Source of the DNA: Tubiluchus corallicola
Taxonomy: Eukaryota > Animalia > Priapulida
NCBI GenBank assembly: GCA_030141605.1
Contig: JAQGDQ010000037.1
Span: 868,001-932,000, forward strand
Reading direction: 5' to 3'
Length of the DNA: 64,000 nt
In this document: one piece after another, positions 42,401 to 54,555 of the stretch
Position numbering within the stretch: the first letter of the stretch is position 1
Layout: each line of letters opens with the position of its first letter
The notes under the pieces: generated by a model
What the model was told of the DNA's origin: nothing
What the model saw: the letters and a program-made list of their open reading frames with translations, nothing else
The model's database searches: none
Position numbers and translations under genes: made by a program

Positions 42401-45400
42401 CTCTAATTTGGTACTAGACTGTAATTTTGTTGTGACAAGCAAGTTACACAGTCAAATTTTTTATTTTCAAGACCTGCATGTGTCCCTTAATCATAACGCA
42501 TTGCATGTTTTGCTACACTACTTAATATGCATGCCGCCTTACACTGCACATGCTTGGCAGTAAATTTTGCTAGCTAATGTTTACGTAAAAATGATAACTT
42601 TTACACTTTCACAAACCCAGTATTTCGCTTAAAGGCAGCTTAATTTTTAATACGTAATGATGTCGTAGTTTTCCTTCACTGCATGGCACTGCATGTTTGT
42701 TCACACTGTTCTTCACTTTAGCAAAGGCATCAAGAAAAGAAAAGCCAAAGACTGTACCGGCACCAGTGGAGAAAGGTAGTTCATTTTTAGACATAATGCT
42801 TTTTTGGTGAAATTTGGTATATAATTTGGTTCTTTTTATGTTTTATATCCTTGAATTTTCTTGTTGTTAAACTTTGCATGTTCTTACTAAATTTTGCATG
42901 GTGTTTTAAAGGTTTTAATTCAAAAGATTTCATTTTTATCACTGTATATTATATTTTAAGTAATATGTGACGTTGGTGGCTATAGTTAACACATTTTTGC
43001 ATGTTTACTTTGCATTTTAACACATCTTTTTTGGCTTTGCTTGCTGCATGCACTGACATTGATTTAGTTCAGATAAATTGGTAACGTCTGCACATTTGTG
43101 TCACTTAATGAATTACTTAACACTGGCTGCTCCATCATTGGTAATACTAGATAACACTTAAAACGTGGGAACCGTAAAACGGGGTGAATAGGCACAAAAC
43201 CCAAGAAAAAGTTATTAAAGCTCCTACTACATTGCAGAATAAGCAATGTACAGTCCATTATAATATTATAAGCCAACCTACCAAGGACTTTATATCATTG
43301 TGAAGTCAATCCTGGTAGCCATAGCAATTGTAAACTGTAGGCATACTAACAACTCAAAAAATAATGGTAGTTCAACCTTTTATTGCACAGGCCTAATCAC
43401 TGGGCCAGATGTCGTTATTTTGTAACTGGTAGTTGAGTGACTTGTCCTCAATAATACCTAATAATCTTTTTTCAGTTTTGAATCACTCTCTATTTTTTGC
43501 GATTTTTGAACAGTTTTAGACTTAGTTTAATATAAACAACAGGGTGAATTGGGACAGCATCCCATGCACGTATAAACGACTCTCTCCTGGAGCACAATAC
43601 AAGAAAACAACACCAAGACCAGTACATTACAATGAGCAAATTGTGGGAGCTACAGCTCATCCTAAAATGTTGGGTTTAGTTCTAAGATACAAGGCCAATT
43701 GGAGAGAATGGCAAATTTAGATGTTTGATGATGTGTAACAGACTGTGCTATCTAGGAGCAGTGATATCTAGCCGAGCTTTGTAAATTTACCTAGATATCG
43801 AACTAACTGATTTTAAAGCTAAACTGTCTTTTTCAACCTGAGTTTTTAAACCTAAGTTGTGTCCTTTTTCACTTTGTGGTGTAAGATGGGTACAAGAACT
43901 AAAAATAAAGCTGTCTCTATTCACCATCAAAATGTGAGGCTAATAGGGACGCTGGTTTTTAAATAAAAAACAATGTACGATTTTTTTATCATAAGAACAA
44001 TACCTTCAAAAGATAGATTGTGAATGTGGCTATATAACTACCAAACACAATTTAGAATAAAAACATTACGCTTGTGTGAATGTAAAAATTGTCCCTATTC
44101 ACCCCATTTTACGATATGGGTTTTCCGTTGTTTGGTAACAAGCTTACCTTCAGTAATAATCAGTGCCAAAAGTGACCCAATGGGGGAAGGTCTCTCCACT
44201 TGCCTTCATAAACTTAAAAAATTGTCAGTGCATCAGTAGGAAAGTTGTAATGATATATTCACAGTAGAAGAACCTGTTGAGGAACCCACTTCAAAAAAAG
44301 ATAAAAAAATTAAGAGGAGCAAAACTGAACCGCCTCGTAAAGAGAGTAAAGAACCTACGAAAACAAAACGAAAAACGTCTTGTAAGTACAATGGTGTCGG
44401 TGTGTTGATGGTGGCTGTGGTGTATTAACAGAATACAAATTTTTAAGTTACTTTGGAGATTTTTTAATTATGGTAGCCATGAAGTTATAGGGAAGATGAA
44501 ACATACCTCTGGCTTATGCAAGATCAACATTAACTTAATGTTTAACTTATTCTTATGTAACTCAGTGTATTGGACTTATTTCTGATTATGGATTAAAAAT
44601 TCAAAACTTCAACTTACGTTTAAATTTGCATTAGTTGCAGCTCAATCTAAAGGTTGGTTTTTGTGTTAATACGTGGACAGGATTGGAAAAGTATTAATGA
44701 GAAATGTGCACCGTTTCCAAATTTTTAAACTCAGGAAGTAAAAATACATTCTGGTATTTTATAGGGGCAGAAGGTGGCGAGGCTCACATGGAAAGCATGT
44801 TGCTAAGAAAGTATGATTTGGGTCCCGGTGGAGTGAGGTCCACACATAGGTTTGTACTTGAAAGTCTTGTGTTTTTAGTTGGTTTTAATTTGCAGTGACA
44901 GCAAATCAGCAACAAATAATCTTTGTAAATACAAAATGGTATTGCAATACTTGGTAGTTGCTGAAAAAGACTTGTCAAAGCAAGCAGAGTATTGTAAATA
45001 CACTGTAGCAGCTAAGTTATAGTCTTGTTTGTGCATTATTTTTTGTGGACTATTGGAATTTATTGGAACTATAACTTTCCAGATCATGGGACAAAGTATA
45101 CTGTGTGTTACGAGGCGTCCAGTTAACATTCTTCAAAGATCAAAAGCATGCAAAACAGGTATGGATGTAGATAATTTTCATCTAAGAAATGTGTTATCGT
45201 ACTTCATGCACAATTATGTAGTAAATAATTTTGAAAAAGTGTTCCATGTAAATGTGTTTTAATTTGCAAGCATCTTACGTTATTACAAAATTGTGAACTA
45301 CCAGTAGCAGTTGGCTTAAGAAGGTATGCCATTAACCTCTTTATTATTTCGTGTGAATTTAATTGTCGCTAGCAGCAATTTTCGTAAATTTCCCACTAAT

Positions 45401-46700
45401 AGTCCTACCAAACATGGAGCCTGTTGACGATTAATGATATTCTACTTTCGTTTTTGCTGTTTTTAGGAGGGAACGACGTTCCACCATGAAGCACCATTAG
45501 ATTTGCGGAGTGCTCAAGCTGAAGTTGCCACAGACTACACAAAGAAAAAGCATGTGTTTAGGCTCAAGTGAGTAAACAAGAATAGAAGCATTAATGCGTT
45601 TGGATCTGACACATCCTGCTTGTCTAGTTCTTATAAAATTAATAGTTTCCATGAAAGATTCATGATTACAGTTGTTATGCAGTCTGTTTTTCATAACGAT
45701 TTAGAATACACATTGTTGGAGCAGACCCTTTTATACATTAGAATGAACAAAACCAGAATGGTGAATAGGCACAGTGCTTAACCGCTATATACGGAGTGTT
45801 CACTGATCACAAAAAATGATAATGCATACATGTCACTAATGCTTCAACGGCGAGCGGATAAACCATAGATAATAATAGTACGGCAAGCAGAAGATATCGT
45901 TATTGTTATTACTAGCGTCATAGATGTGAGGAACACATTGTACTTTTTTACCCGCTAGCCGCTAGAAACCGCAGCGTGTCACAGTTTCGCACGCTGCAGG
46001 CAGAGTGAGTTCTCCGATTATAGTGTTATTCTCCGTGGTATAGGACTGATAAATTTAACAGGCAAATTTAAGGTTCTGTATTGGGAAAGTGGGAAATCGG
46101 GGCCCGTTACAGTCTTTAGAATCCTCATCTAAAATTTCAGTGTCGTTGGTGTAGCTGTGGCTGTGAAAATAACAACAACGTTATCAAACTTTTGGAATCC
46201 CACACTTTGTGCCGGATCCAAAAATAGATAGAGAGAGAGATGATTAGCAGTGCTGGGCATAGTATGTTTGTTGTGGAACGAATGTTCAAATATCTGCTTT
46301 TGAAATTATGTCCAAATCAAGAAAAGCATTGGGCGAAGAAAATACTCGTAGAAAAGTTCAAAATGCAAACAACAGTAAATTACATCTGTTACATTAACAA
46401 CAATTCAGTTGGTATTTATCTTACTACCTCTTGTTTGCAAATGTTAAAATGGAAAGTGAACTCTTACACACTTCAGTTTTCAAGTAATTTATTCTGCACA
46501 ATTACAGGCTGTCGAATGGTAGTATGTACCTCTTCCAAGCTAAAGACGACAATGAGATGGACTTCTGGATCCGAACAGTAGCCTCCGTTAGAGATATCAC
46601 TGCCACACCTACTAGCCCTTCTAAATCACAAACCCTGCCTGCTGATAGCGGCAAAAAAGAAGAATCTAAGAAACGAAGCTTCTTCACATTGAAGAAATAA
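21494..46700 (+). CDS. beta-Spec: Conventional beta-spectrin (beta-G type): 2 CH domains, spectrin repeats, PH domain; ~2339 aa with both cassette exons
   Basis: Phase-consistent exons: 21494-21602, 23903-24054, 24386-24559, 24910-25082, 25762-25877, 25983-26095, 26417-26604, 26746-26928, 27211-27468, 27591-27729, 28590-28743, 28946-29190, 29435-29635, 29816-29932, 30090-30332, 30608-30721, 30841-30935, 31333-31429, 31535-31663, 31809-31925, 32041-32175, 32315-32458, 32623-32790, 33430-33602, 33714-33951, 34241-34501, 34753-34892, 35499-35685, 36082-36282, 36423-36631, 36772-36976, 37132-37395, 37603-37713, 37835-38068, 38248-38397, 39202-39286, 40014-40105, 40683-40787, 40974-41077, 41321-41391, [42722-42775], [44265-44381], 44765-44849, 45083-45158, 45467-45567, 46508-46700. 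Hallmarks: [99 protein letters not shown] motifs RSWDKVY and [12 protein letters not shown]-terminus [10 protein letters not shown]. Confidence 0.97.
23013..23274 (+). CDS. Putative alternative first coding exon of beta-spectrin (87-aa N-terminus)
   Basis: ATG-initiated 87 codons plus 1 nt, ending at donor G|GTAAGA. Phase 1, identical to the canonical exon, so it joins D-ERE... at 23903 in frame. Confidence 0.7.
34913..35394. mobile_element. Non-autonomous hAT element (MITE), copy 2, in a spectrin intron
   Basis: TAGGGATGTTAA...TTAACATCCCTA termini, degenerate 8-bp TSD ATGTAGAG/ATGTAAAA, both ends similar to 4976-5619 (e.g. TTATCGTATCATTGGAAAAAAG). Confidence 0.8.
42722..42775 (+). CDS. 54-nt symmetric cassette exon of beta-spectrin ([18 protein letters not shown])
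   Basis: Pyrimidine-rich TTTAG acceptor, AAG|GTAGT donor, phase 1-1, open frame, flanked by a TGCATG cluster. Confidence 0.75.
43172..44114. mobile_element. Non-autonomous DNA transposon (pogo/Tc1-mariner-like TIRs)
   Basis: TIRs CCGTAAAACGGGGTGAATAGGCACA and TGTCCCTATTCACCCCATTTTACGA, with an internal TIR-like copy GGGTGAATTGGGACA near 43542. Confidence 0.7.
44265..44381 (+). CDS. 117-nt symmetric Lys/Glu-rich exon of the beta-spectrin pre-PH linker
   Basis: CACAG acceptor, T|GTAAGT donor, phase 1-1. Encodes [39 protein letters not shown]. Confidence 0.75.
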
Positions 46701-49588
46701 TAGACTTGCCCACTTAACGTAATAAGCAAAAAACATTTTTAGCCTTTTTGTATTTGAACTCAAAATAATTATTATTGTGATTAATTTTGGATGTTAAGTG
46801 TGAATGGGTTTTGATTTTTTAATAATACGTGACCATATCTGTTTCTCAGGTTTGGTATACTCACTTGTAATTACACATTTCAACGTGTGTGTTGTCATAG
46901 CTACCAGGCCTTATGCTGTACTTTGCTAGATTCTCTCATTATAGCAGCGCATTATAACTAAGCGCACGTTATGTTATCTGCATCGATAACAAAGTGTTGT
47001 TCTTTGTTATAATGTACAAGAGTTTACGGTTGGATAACATCCTGGGTAGTTTCGATGCATGATCACCGAAACAAAAAGGTGAAGCATGTGTCTGTAATTT
47101 TGATTTGTTGATGTCCTCTTGTATAACCTCAAACTGATCGTGCACTGGCTGCTAGAGTTGGTTCTTTTGAATGTCGTTTTCTTTCAGCAGAACGACCACC
47201 AGACGTTTTGCGGGTTGCTGTTTCTATTAGTTGATGTAAATTTTTTATTAGATGCAAGAGTTAATTATGAGTAGAACTACTGAAAATTATAAGGACTGAT
47301 ATAACAAAAGATGACAAAATTTTAATGTGACATTTTTTAAGGCCGTCAATGTCTAAACCTCTTTATAGAGTTGCCTTCATTGAAGGAAAAATGATTTTTT
47401 AATGTATTGTAGTTTAACTTTTCACATTAAGAATTTTTTCTTGACGATGCATTTTTTGTAAGTCCGATGAAAAGGATGGAAATCGATTGCCAGACAGTGC
47501 ATTTAGCTAAGTGTTGGGGCTGGCGGTGGACGTACAGTGACCGGCCAAGTTCTAGCCTTGTGTGTGCGTGCATGTGTGTATTGTTCGTATGTGTGTCCTT
47601 TGCTGCCAAGTAGTGTAGGCTTAATATCTAGTACCAGCACGTTTGGAAGGTTTATTGTTTTTGTGCTTCCATTTCCAATGCTTTTTAAGCAGTTTTGTTA
47701 CTAACATACATAATTAAGTACTCGGTGTTTCGTGAAGTTTCATGAATTATTTATTTGTCTGCCTTCCAAACATGCTGAACTTTGGTTAGTATTGTATATA
47801 ATATGTGTAGTTGTGTAGTCAAGGTGGGCCAACAGATGTACTTCTGAGGTGGCCCCACAAAGTCTGCTAGATAGACAAAACAATCATGCTGTTCGTGTCA
47901 TTTTTGAAAAGTTATTGGTTTGTTTTAGCTTTTAGTTTACTATGATAAGTAGTGCAATTATTGTGCTTTACATAAGGTTCATATTTTTGAAACTAAATTT
48001 ATATTACGTTATTAAATTCGATAGTGGGCAAGTCTATATAGTTTCTATATTGTTGATTATGTGAAAGACTGCATATTCCGAGACATATTCAGGAGTGTGT
48101 CTGCAGACGTTGTACTACCATGTGAAAGTTATAGCACAATTAGTGAATTTTACTGTAACTGTTTACAATTTCACGTATCATAAGTTATACCAGCTATTAA
48201 TTAATTTTTAAGTCATGTCATTAGTAAAAGAAACACATATATTTGGTACGTTTCATATACCTACATTTTTCGGGTTTAGGTAAAGGTGTAAGCCTAGTAA
48301 TGTGCCCTTTTACAAAGTTCATTTTTATATCAATTTCAGGTTTTCTATACGTTATTAGCTTTCAGTGAAAATTGATTATTTTTATTTTTTCAATATTATA
48401 CTTGAGTATAGCAGGTTTTATATGTCAGCTAGGTCTGTGTACTAGGACATCTTTGTGAAATGGCTTACAGTATTTATACCTACTTTACATAGTGGTTTAT
48501 TAAACTCTATGTGTTGTGACGTTTTGATTTAATTTAATTGCCAGGTTTTTGCCTATGGGTTGTAATTTTACACAATATGCACAGTTTCTTCGTTGTTATA
48601 TTAATATAAAGCTTAATTCGCTGGTTGTAATTCTGCATTTGCACATGAGGTGTTCACTGCAATAATGAGGCAGGTTTATTTTTACCCATATGCACAATAG
48701 TTGTACACTACACACTATAATATTGCTATATTTGTTAAATTTAATCATCTTGCTATTAATTAAAAATCATTTCAATTAATTATTGTTTTGTAACTGCTAA
48801 CAGTTTTGGCAAGATGACGTTTATTCTTCACGATTCTCAAATACTGCAGAACTGGTTTGTAGTTGAGCCATTCGTAGATTCTTGAACTACGGTTACGTTA
48901 GCTATACTTGTTTTTGTTTTGTTTTTGAACAGTACTATAATCGTTAGTTATTTTTTATAATGAATGGCGAAATAGTTTGAGCAATACTAGAAAAAATAAG
49001 CATGTAATGTAGGTATTATAATGTCTTGTTCAGCTTTCAGCTCCCCTTGAACTAGTAAATAGATTTCTGTTGGTAAATTGCTTGCATTATTTAGAAGTCA
49101 GATTATGAGTATTGTAGGGAATCTAAGCCAGATAAGCCTGTTGTTTTAATTAAGAACTTAGTACATATGCAGCTTCAACTTTGTCAAGACTTGATAATAA
49201 TAACAATAAAAACAGTAGTAGTAGCTTTAGCTTCTTGGTATTACGGCACTTACAGGACAATCTGTTTTAACATTTTAACTTGCTTATTATAATTATGATA
49301 AAATAAACGTTTTTCAAAAAATATTCGCACAATGATTTGCGTGATTTCAGGTGATGTTCATCATAACTGAAATGAAAATGTAAATAAAACAACGCACACC
49401 ATTCGTATTCCGCTAGCAACATCGTAACAACCGTGAAATTTTTCATTACTTCATTTTCGTTATTGCCAAGGTTTAGATTCTTCAAACAAGTGAACAACAA
49501 ATGAGTATTTTCTATCAAAAGTCAAAAGTGCTGCTGTGACTTTGGCAAAGAAGATTATTTGCCACTGATAATTTTTGCTATTTTATGT

Positions 49589-52500
49589 TCAGTTTTCTTC
49601 AACATTTGTGCTCTCCTCTATAGGTGATTCACTCTTCTCTTCAATATACAAGAAGGTAATAGATGTGTGTGGAGTAGAGTTACTCGATTCTCTACTTGTG
49701 CTTTCTTGGGCTGTTGGCAAGCTGTCGGGTAACCTTGGACTGTCTGGTAACTTCAGAGGCACTCTAGTTCTGTGATGGTATGGATGGTAGTTACGATATT
49801 GACGATGATGTCGATGTTTGGCACTGCTTAAGGATTTGAGTTCATGCATTTCATTTGCACTGTGATTTCCATTTGCGGCACTTGAAAATGATTCTGTCAT
49901 AGTTACAGAGGAATAAACTGTTTTGTCGACTCTGTGAGGTGCAGAGTCACAGCAGTTGAAAGATGGCCAACGAAACTGGCCAAATCCTCCCTCTGGTCCC
50001 ATAATTCGAAGTAAGCTACCGAAAAAGAATGTGGCATAGACCCAGCTGATCGGTATAACTACCAACAGTAATAATCCAATTTGCTCGTATGGCTTCACTG
50101 AAGAAGATACCAGCAAGAGACCAATGAAGACGCCTGCTAAGGCAGTCACAGTTAATGGACTGCTCACACGAACAATGGATAGCTTTATCCCAATCGCCCT
50201 GTTGACATCGGGCGACATGCGATATGCCATTCCATAATGTAATGTGAAATCAACTGCTAAACCAAATGCCAGTGCTAATATTGTCGACTCCATTATGCCC
50301 AGTTGCCATCCAATAATCACTAATACTGCCACTGTAACTGATACTACAAACATTACTGAAAAGAGGATAAAAACAGTCAACAGTACATTAAGTGTCACAA
50401 CAAACAACACAAAAAAAGAAATACACAATGAAATAGCAATAGTCTCAGCCGTCTTGTAGTTAAGATTATCCTGCAGATCATAGAATCCAAGATTGGAGAT
50501 GAACCAACCATTTCTCAGTCCTGGTGGAGCTGTCTTCAACTGCTTTTCTGACCATGATTCGATCTCACGTACGAATTTCTTTGTTTCATCGTAAGACTGG
50601 TCCCATGAATTGTTTGTACTAAACTCTAATATCACAGCTTTTACTTGTCCAGTTTTAGGAGAAAACCGCAAACCCGGTTTTTCCGGACCATATAAATGAA
50701 TATTTGAACCAAATGCATCTAATATGTACTCATCTAAACACAGGTAAAATACATCTTTGCTGTAAGGAAATTTAGATATGTTGCAGCATGGTTCGCTGTT
50801 TGGGGAGTACCTGATGGCACAAGGTCTGTCCATCCATTCTTGGAACGTTTCCAAGAAACAGCCCATCTTGTTACTACTTCGGTTGACTTGTAATTTATTT
50901 TCACTTTGTATATCTGAGCAAAATTTTATTAACCACTTTTGTGATTCTGCTGATGCAATATCTAAACCGTCATCAAACGTTAAGGTGCCATAATTCATAG
51001 GATTTGTCACGTCACCATTATCTTGTGGCGTTATTCCCCATACGAATCTAACAGGTATCTTTCCATTGGAAAAATGTGCTTTTCCAAACCAAAAATTATT
51101 TTTGTAGATTGTCTGATATGCTTCAAGAGGATGGGACGAATTTGTAAAATATTGAAACGTATCCAATTCTGATGCCCAAAGCCCTGGCTTATGAAAAATA
51201 ATAGCACTACTCACAGCTGATAAACTTGTAAGGCACAATAACCAGAAAAACCGTAATCGCACCACAAACCACGGTAAAAATTTTTCAAAGATTTTGCGAG
51301 AAACTTTCTTTACTAGCTGTGATAGTTTGAAAAGAGGATGGATTACTTCTGCAATGTAGTATGAAAGAGTATGCTTTGGAGGGTATGAATTGGCAAAATA
51401 GCAAAAGCAAGAAGAACACCATTTGTCATGTATCACCAAGGATGCCGGCAGCCATGTTGCAACGTATATCATGTTTACCAGCACCGCCATGCCTGCAAAT
51501 GCTCCAAAGCACCGTAAAGTGGTAATACGACTTACGCAAAAGCCAAACAGTCCCGCGGCTGTTGTGAAGCCACTCACAAATATCGAAACAGTTCCATTCT
51601 TCAGTGTGTTTTCTACTAATTTCTCTAAAATGCCATTGTTTTTCTCAAGTTTTGCACATGTCCAGATTTTGCTATACAGAAGAACGTCATTGGTAACCTT
51701 TACCACAATGAGTATGCTTGCTAACATGTTAACTGCAGGAAAGAATCGGAATTCAAATATCATTGTATACATGAAATAAGACGTCACCAGCGACAAGCAT
51801 GTTGCAGTCGCCATAAGTGATGTGGCAAGCAATGAGTGACTGTAGATCCACATTATCAAAAATGAGCTTGCAGCGGCTAATCCAACAAATATTGCATCTT
51901 TCTTCAGCTGAAACTGAAACACTTCATGTTCCTGTCCAAACGTTGCAGCAGACATAACTAATAAATCACTGGCTGAGGTTATTTCCATTGCTGTGTGATA
52001 GTAAGATGACAGAGAGGTTCCAGTGCCGTGAGCTATTGAAATGTACATTAGGGCACTTGTCAGAAATTTGCTTTTATGAACAAGGAAATCAATGTCAGTA
52101 ATATAGTAAAATATATCAAAAGCTGTATTACATATTTTAAGTATATCTTCACAATTGTCTCTATTACACAGACTAGGTTTAGAGGGGTCGAAATGTTTGC
52201 GACAAGATGTGAGGATATCCTCAATAGATGCCACATTACGTTTTGTCAGTTCTAAACACGAAGTTTTGCCTACCAATGCAGAAAGGTAGTTTGGCAGTGT
52301 CCAAGACGGGCAGCAAGTCATGTTTTCTGTCTGAAGGCAACTGAATTGAAAGTTTGGTAAATCTCTGAGTGATTTGTCCAGCTGGCACATTGCCCTCAAG
52401 GCTCGAAAAGACCATAGATTTTCATGCCCAGCACCACCTTGCAATACCAGACGTATGTATTGATGCCCTGCAACACAGATGATGTGATTTAGTCACATAT

Positions 52501-53786
52501 GTGCTAGATATCCTAGCATATATACACACTGTAAAATATTGGTAGACCTATACGCAGGGCCGGATTATGACCTTTTGAGGCCCTAGGTTAATGAACTTAT
52601 GGGTCCCCCTCAGACAAAGTCTACCCACTAACTTGCCCGCACTCATCTTGAGTATTTCTACTCGTGATATGTTTTAGCGACATTTACGTAGCTTGAAGTA
52701 AACTTATTGGAAATTCTTTAAATAAACTGGAATAGCTATAATTTTGTTTGTCAATGAAAATATTCTTTAAGAAATACCACTATTTTACTATTTATTGCAA
52801 ACCACATTAGCACATAATATTATTTCAACACAGCCTTGGTGAAAAAACAGATTTTTTACCAAATGTTACTAAAACTTGAGGAGCCCTAGGCTACAGTCTA
52901 TACTAGCCTATAGCCCATAGGATAATCCGGCTCTGCCTATATGTGGGTTTATTTCATATATATGTAATACAGTTTGTAACAAATTATGCAAGCTTATCAC
53001 GATGTGTGGTCGTTTCTAGCAACGATTTAGCATAACCGTATTTGAGGGTGTTAGCTTCTGTGCACAAAGATTCAACTTATGTAAAAGATTGATCACACAT
53101 TTTAATTTTAACCAAGCGATAACACATTATGTTGTAAAGTTTACCTGGTACTCCACAGAATGGATGGTTCAAAACGGATCGAGAAGGCGGTTCGGTGAAA
53201 CCAGGAGAAACTTCTTGTAACAAGCTAAGATTTGCCACATATTCTTTGATCCGTCTACTAGTGCCATCATTTTCCAATTCTGTTCTGTCAGGTGACAACC
53301 ATTTTGGAAATTGCCTTTCCACCTCTGGTACTTGTGATTTCTTATTTGATTCTTGCTGAACTTCTGGATGTCCTGCATATACAACAGCATCATTAGGCAC
53401 GTTGATAGATGGTGGTAGGCTTGGTAGTAAAGAAAGTGGAAATGATTTTCCACTTCCGGTGAAATCAATAATGTTATTCCAGGTTACCAATCTGTTGCTG
53501 AGTTTTGTTCCCCGTGTTTCGAATCCCTGTAAAAAATTAAAGTAACATTTTCTTAGTCTAACACCATGTTGAACATTTCTACTTTCCTGTTAAATTGCAA
53601 AATAAGAATTTTTATTAAATTCATTAAAAAGCAACAGCAAAGTCAGGTAAAAGTTCACCTACTTCAAGTGGATCTCCAAGAAATGGCAGCTCATGTGCAG
53701 AGAAGACAACAACGAGGCATGTAATTGAAACCAGAGCCACTACAGATATGATCATGCACGGATAATAAGAGAGTAATCGAGCATAA
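49589..53786 (-). CDS. disp: Dispatched-family 12-TM RND/sterol-sensing protein (start codon not located)
   Basis: Exons 53786-53663, 53526-53145, 52467-49589 in consistent phase (~1127 aa). Motifs: YARLLSYYP, LPFLGDPLE|GFETRGTKLSNRLVTWNN, FCGVP, CCPSWTLPNY, SSD region FTTAAG...ITTLRCFG...TWLPA, WGITPQDNGD, APPGLRNGWF, GLAVDFTLHYG. Confidence 0.93.
52555..52935. mobile_element. Non-autonomous hAT-like MITE in a Dispatched intron
   Basis: TIRs CAGGGCCGGATTA...TAATCCGGCTCTG, 8-bp TSD CCTATACG/CCTATATG (one mismatch at a CpG). Confidence 0.8.
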
Positions 53787-53884
53787 CTGCAATGAAATAA
53801 CAAAGAAAGTCTTTATAAAATAATAGCCAGGTAAATGATTTAAAAATAATGCTTTCCTCTTTTGCGCAATCTTTGCCTGCACAT

Positions 53885-54022
<138 letters not shown>

Positions 54023-54555
54023 ACACTCTAACACAGTGACTGAATGACTGATATACACACAGGTAGCTTAACACATTGACTTAGGACATCGTTTCAAAAG
54101 AGTAGATGCCGGTTGATCGTTTTTTTATACTCATAAGACATGGTCTTGAGTACTGTGTAAAATGTGTACGTGACATGCTTGACAGAATCATATGGCATGT
54201 ACATACTCAGGTGTAGGGAAATGACCTTGTCAAAAGGTCAAGTCAGTGAACGTAATTAACAATTTTGTGTTTGTTCATGATCAATATAGAATTGTTATGT
54301 TAACATAAAATAGGAATTTCAATTTTAATCAAAGTTTTATCAACCAATTGAGAGGAATGTTAGAGTAGTTGGTGTCTTTTTAAACTAAAGAGGAGCCTTG
54401 TCCTCTTATATGTATTAGTAAATAAAATCTGTGCTTGTTTTTTCTTATCAGTGTTTAATATTTATTTTACTTTTATTTTTGGTACTAGTTTACTTATCCT
54501 TTTTTAAATTTAACCAGTTATGTTGTATATGTTGTTTAACCACTTATGTTCTGAA

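Noticed and set aside
49575-51779. Plus-strand ORFs (66-118 aa) inside Dispatched
   Set aside because: Antisense shadows of a long coding exon with no recognisable motifs.
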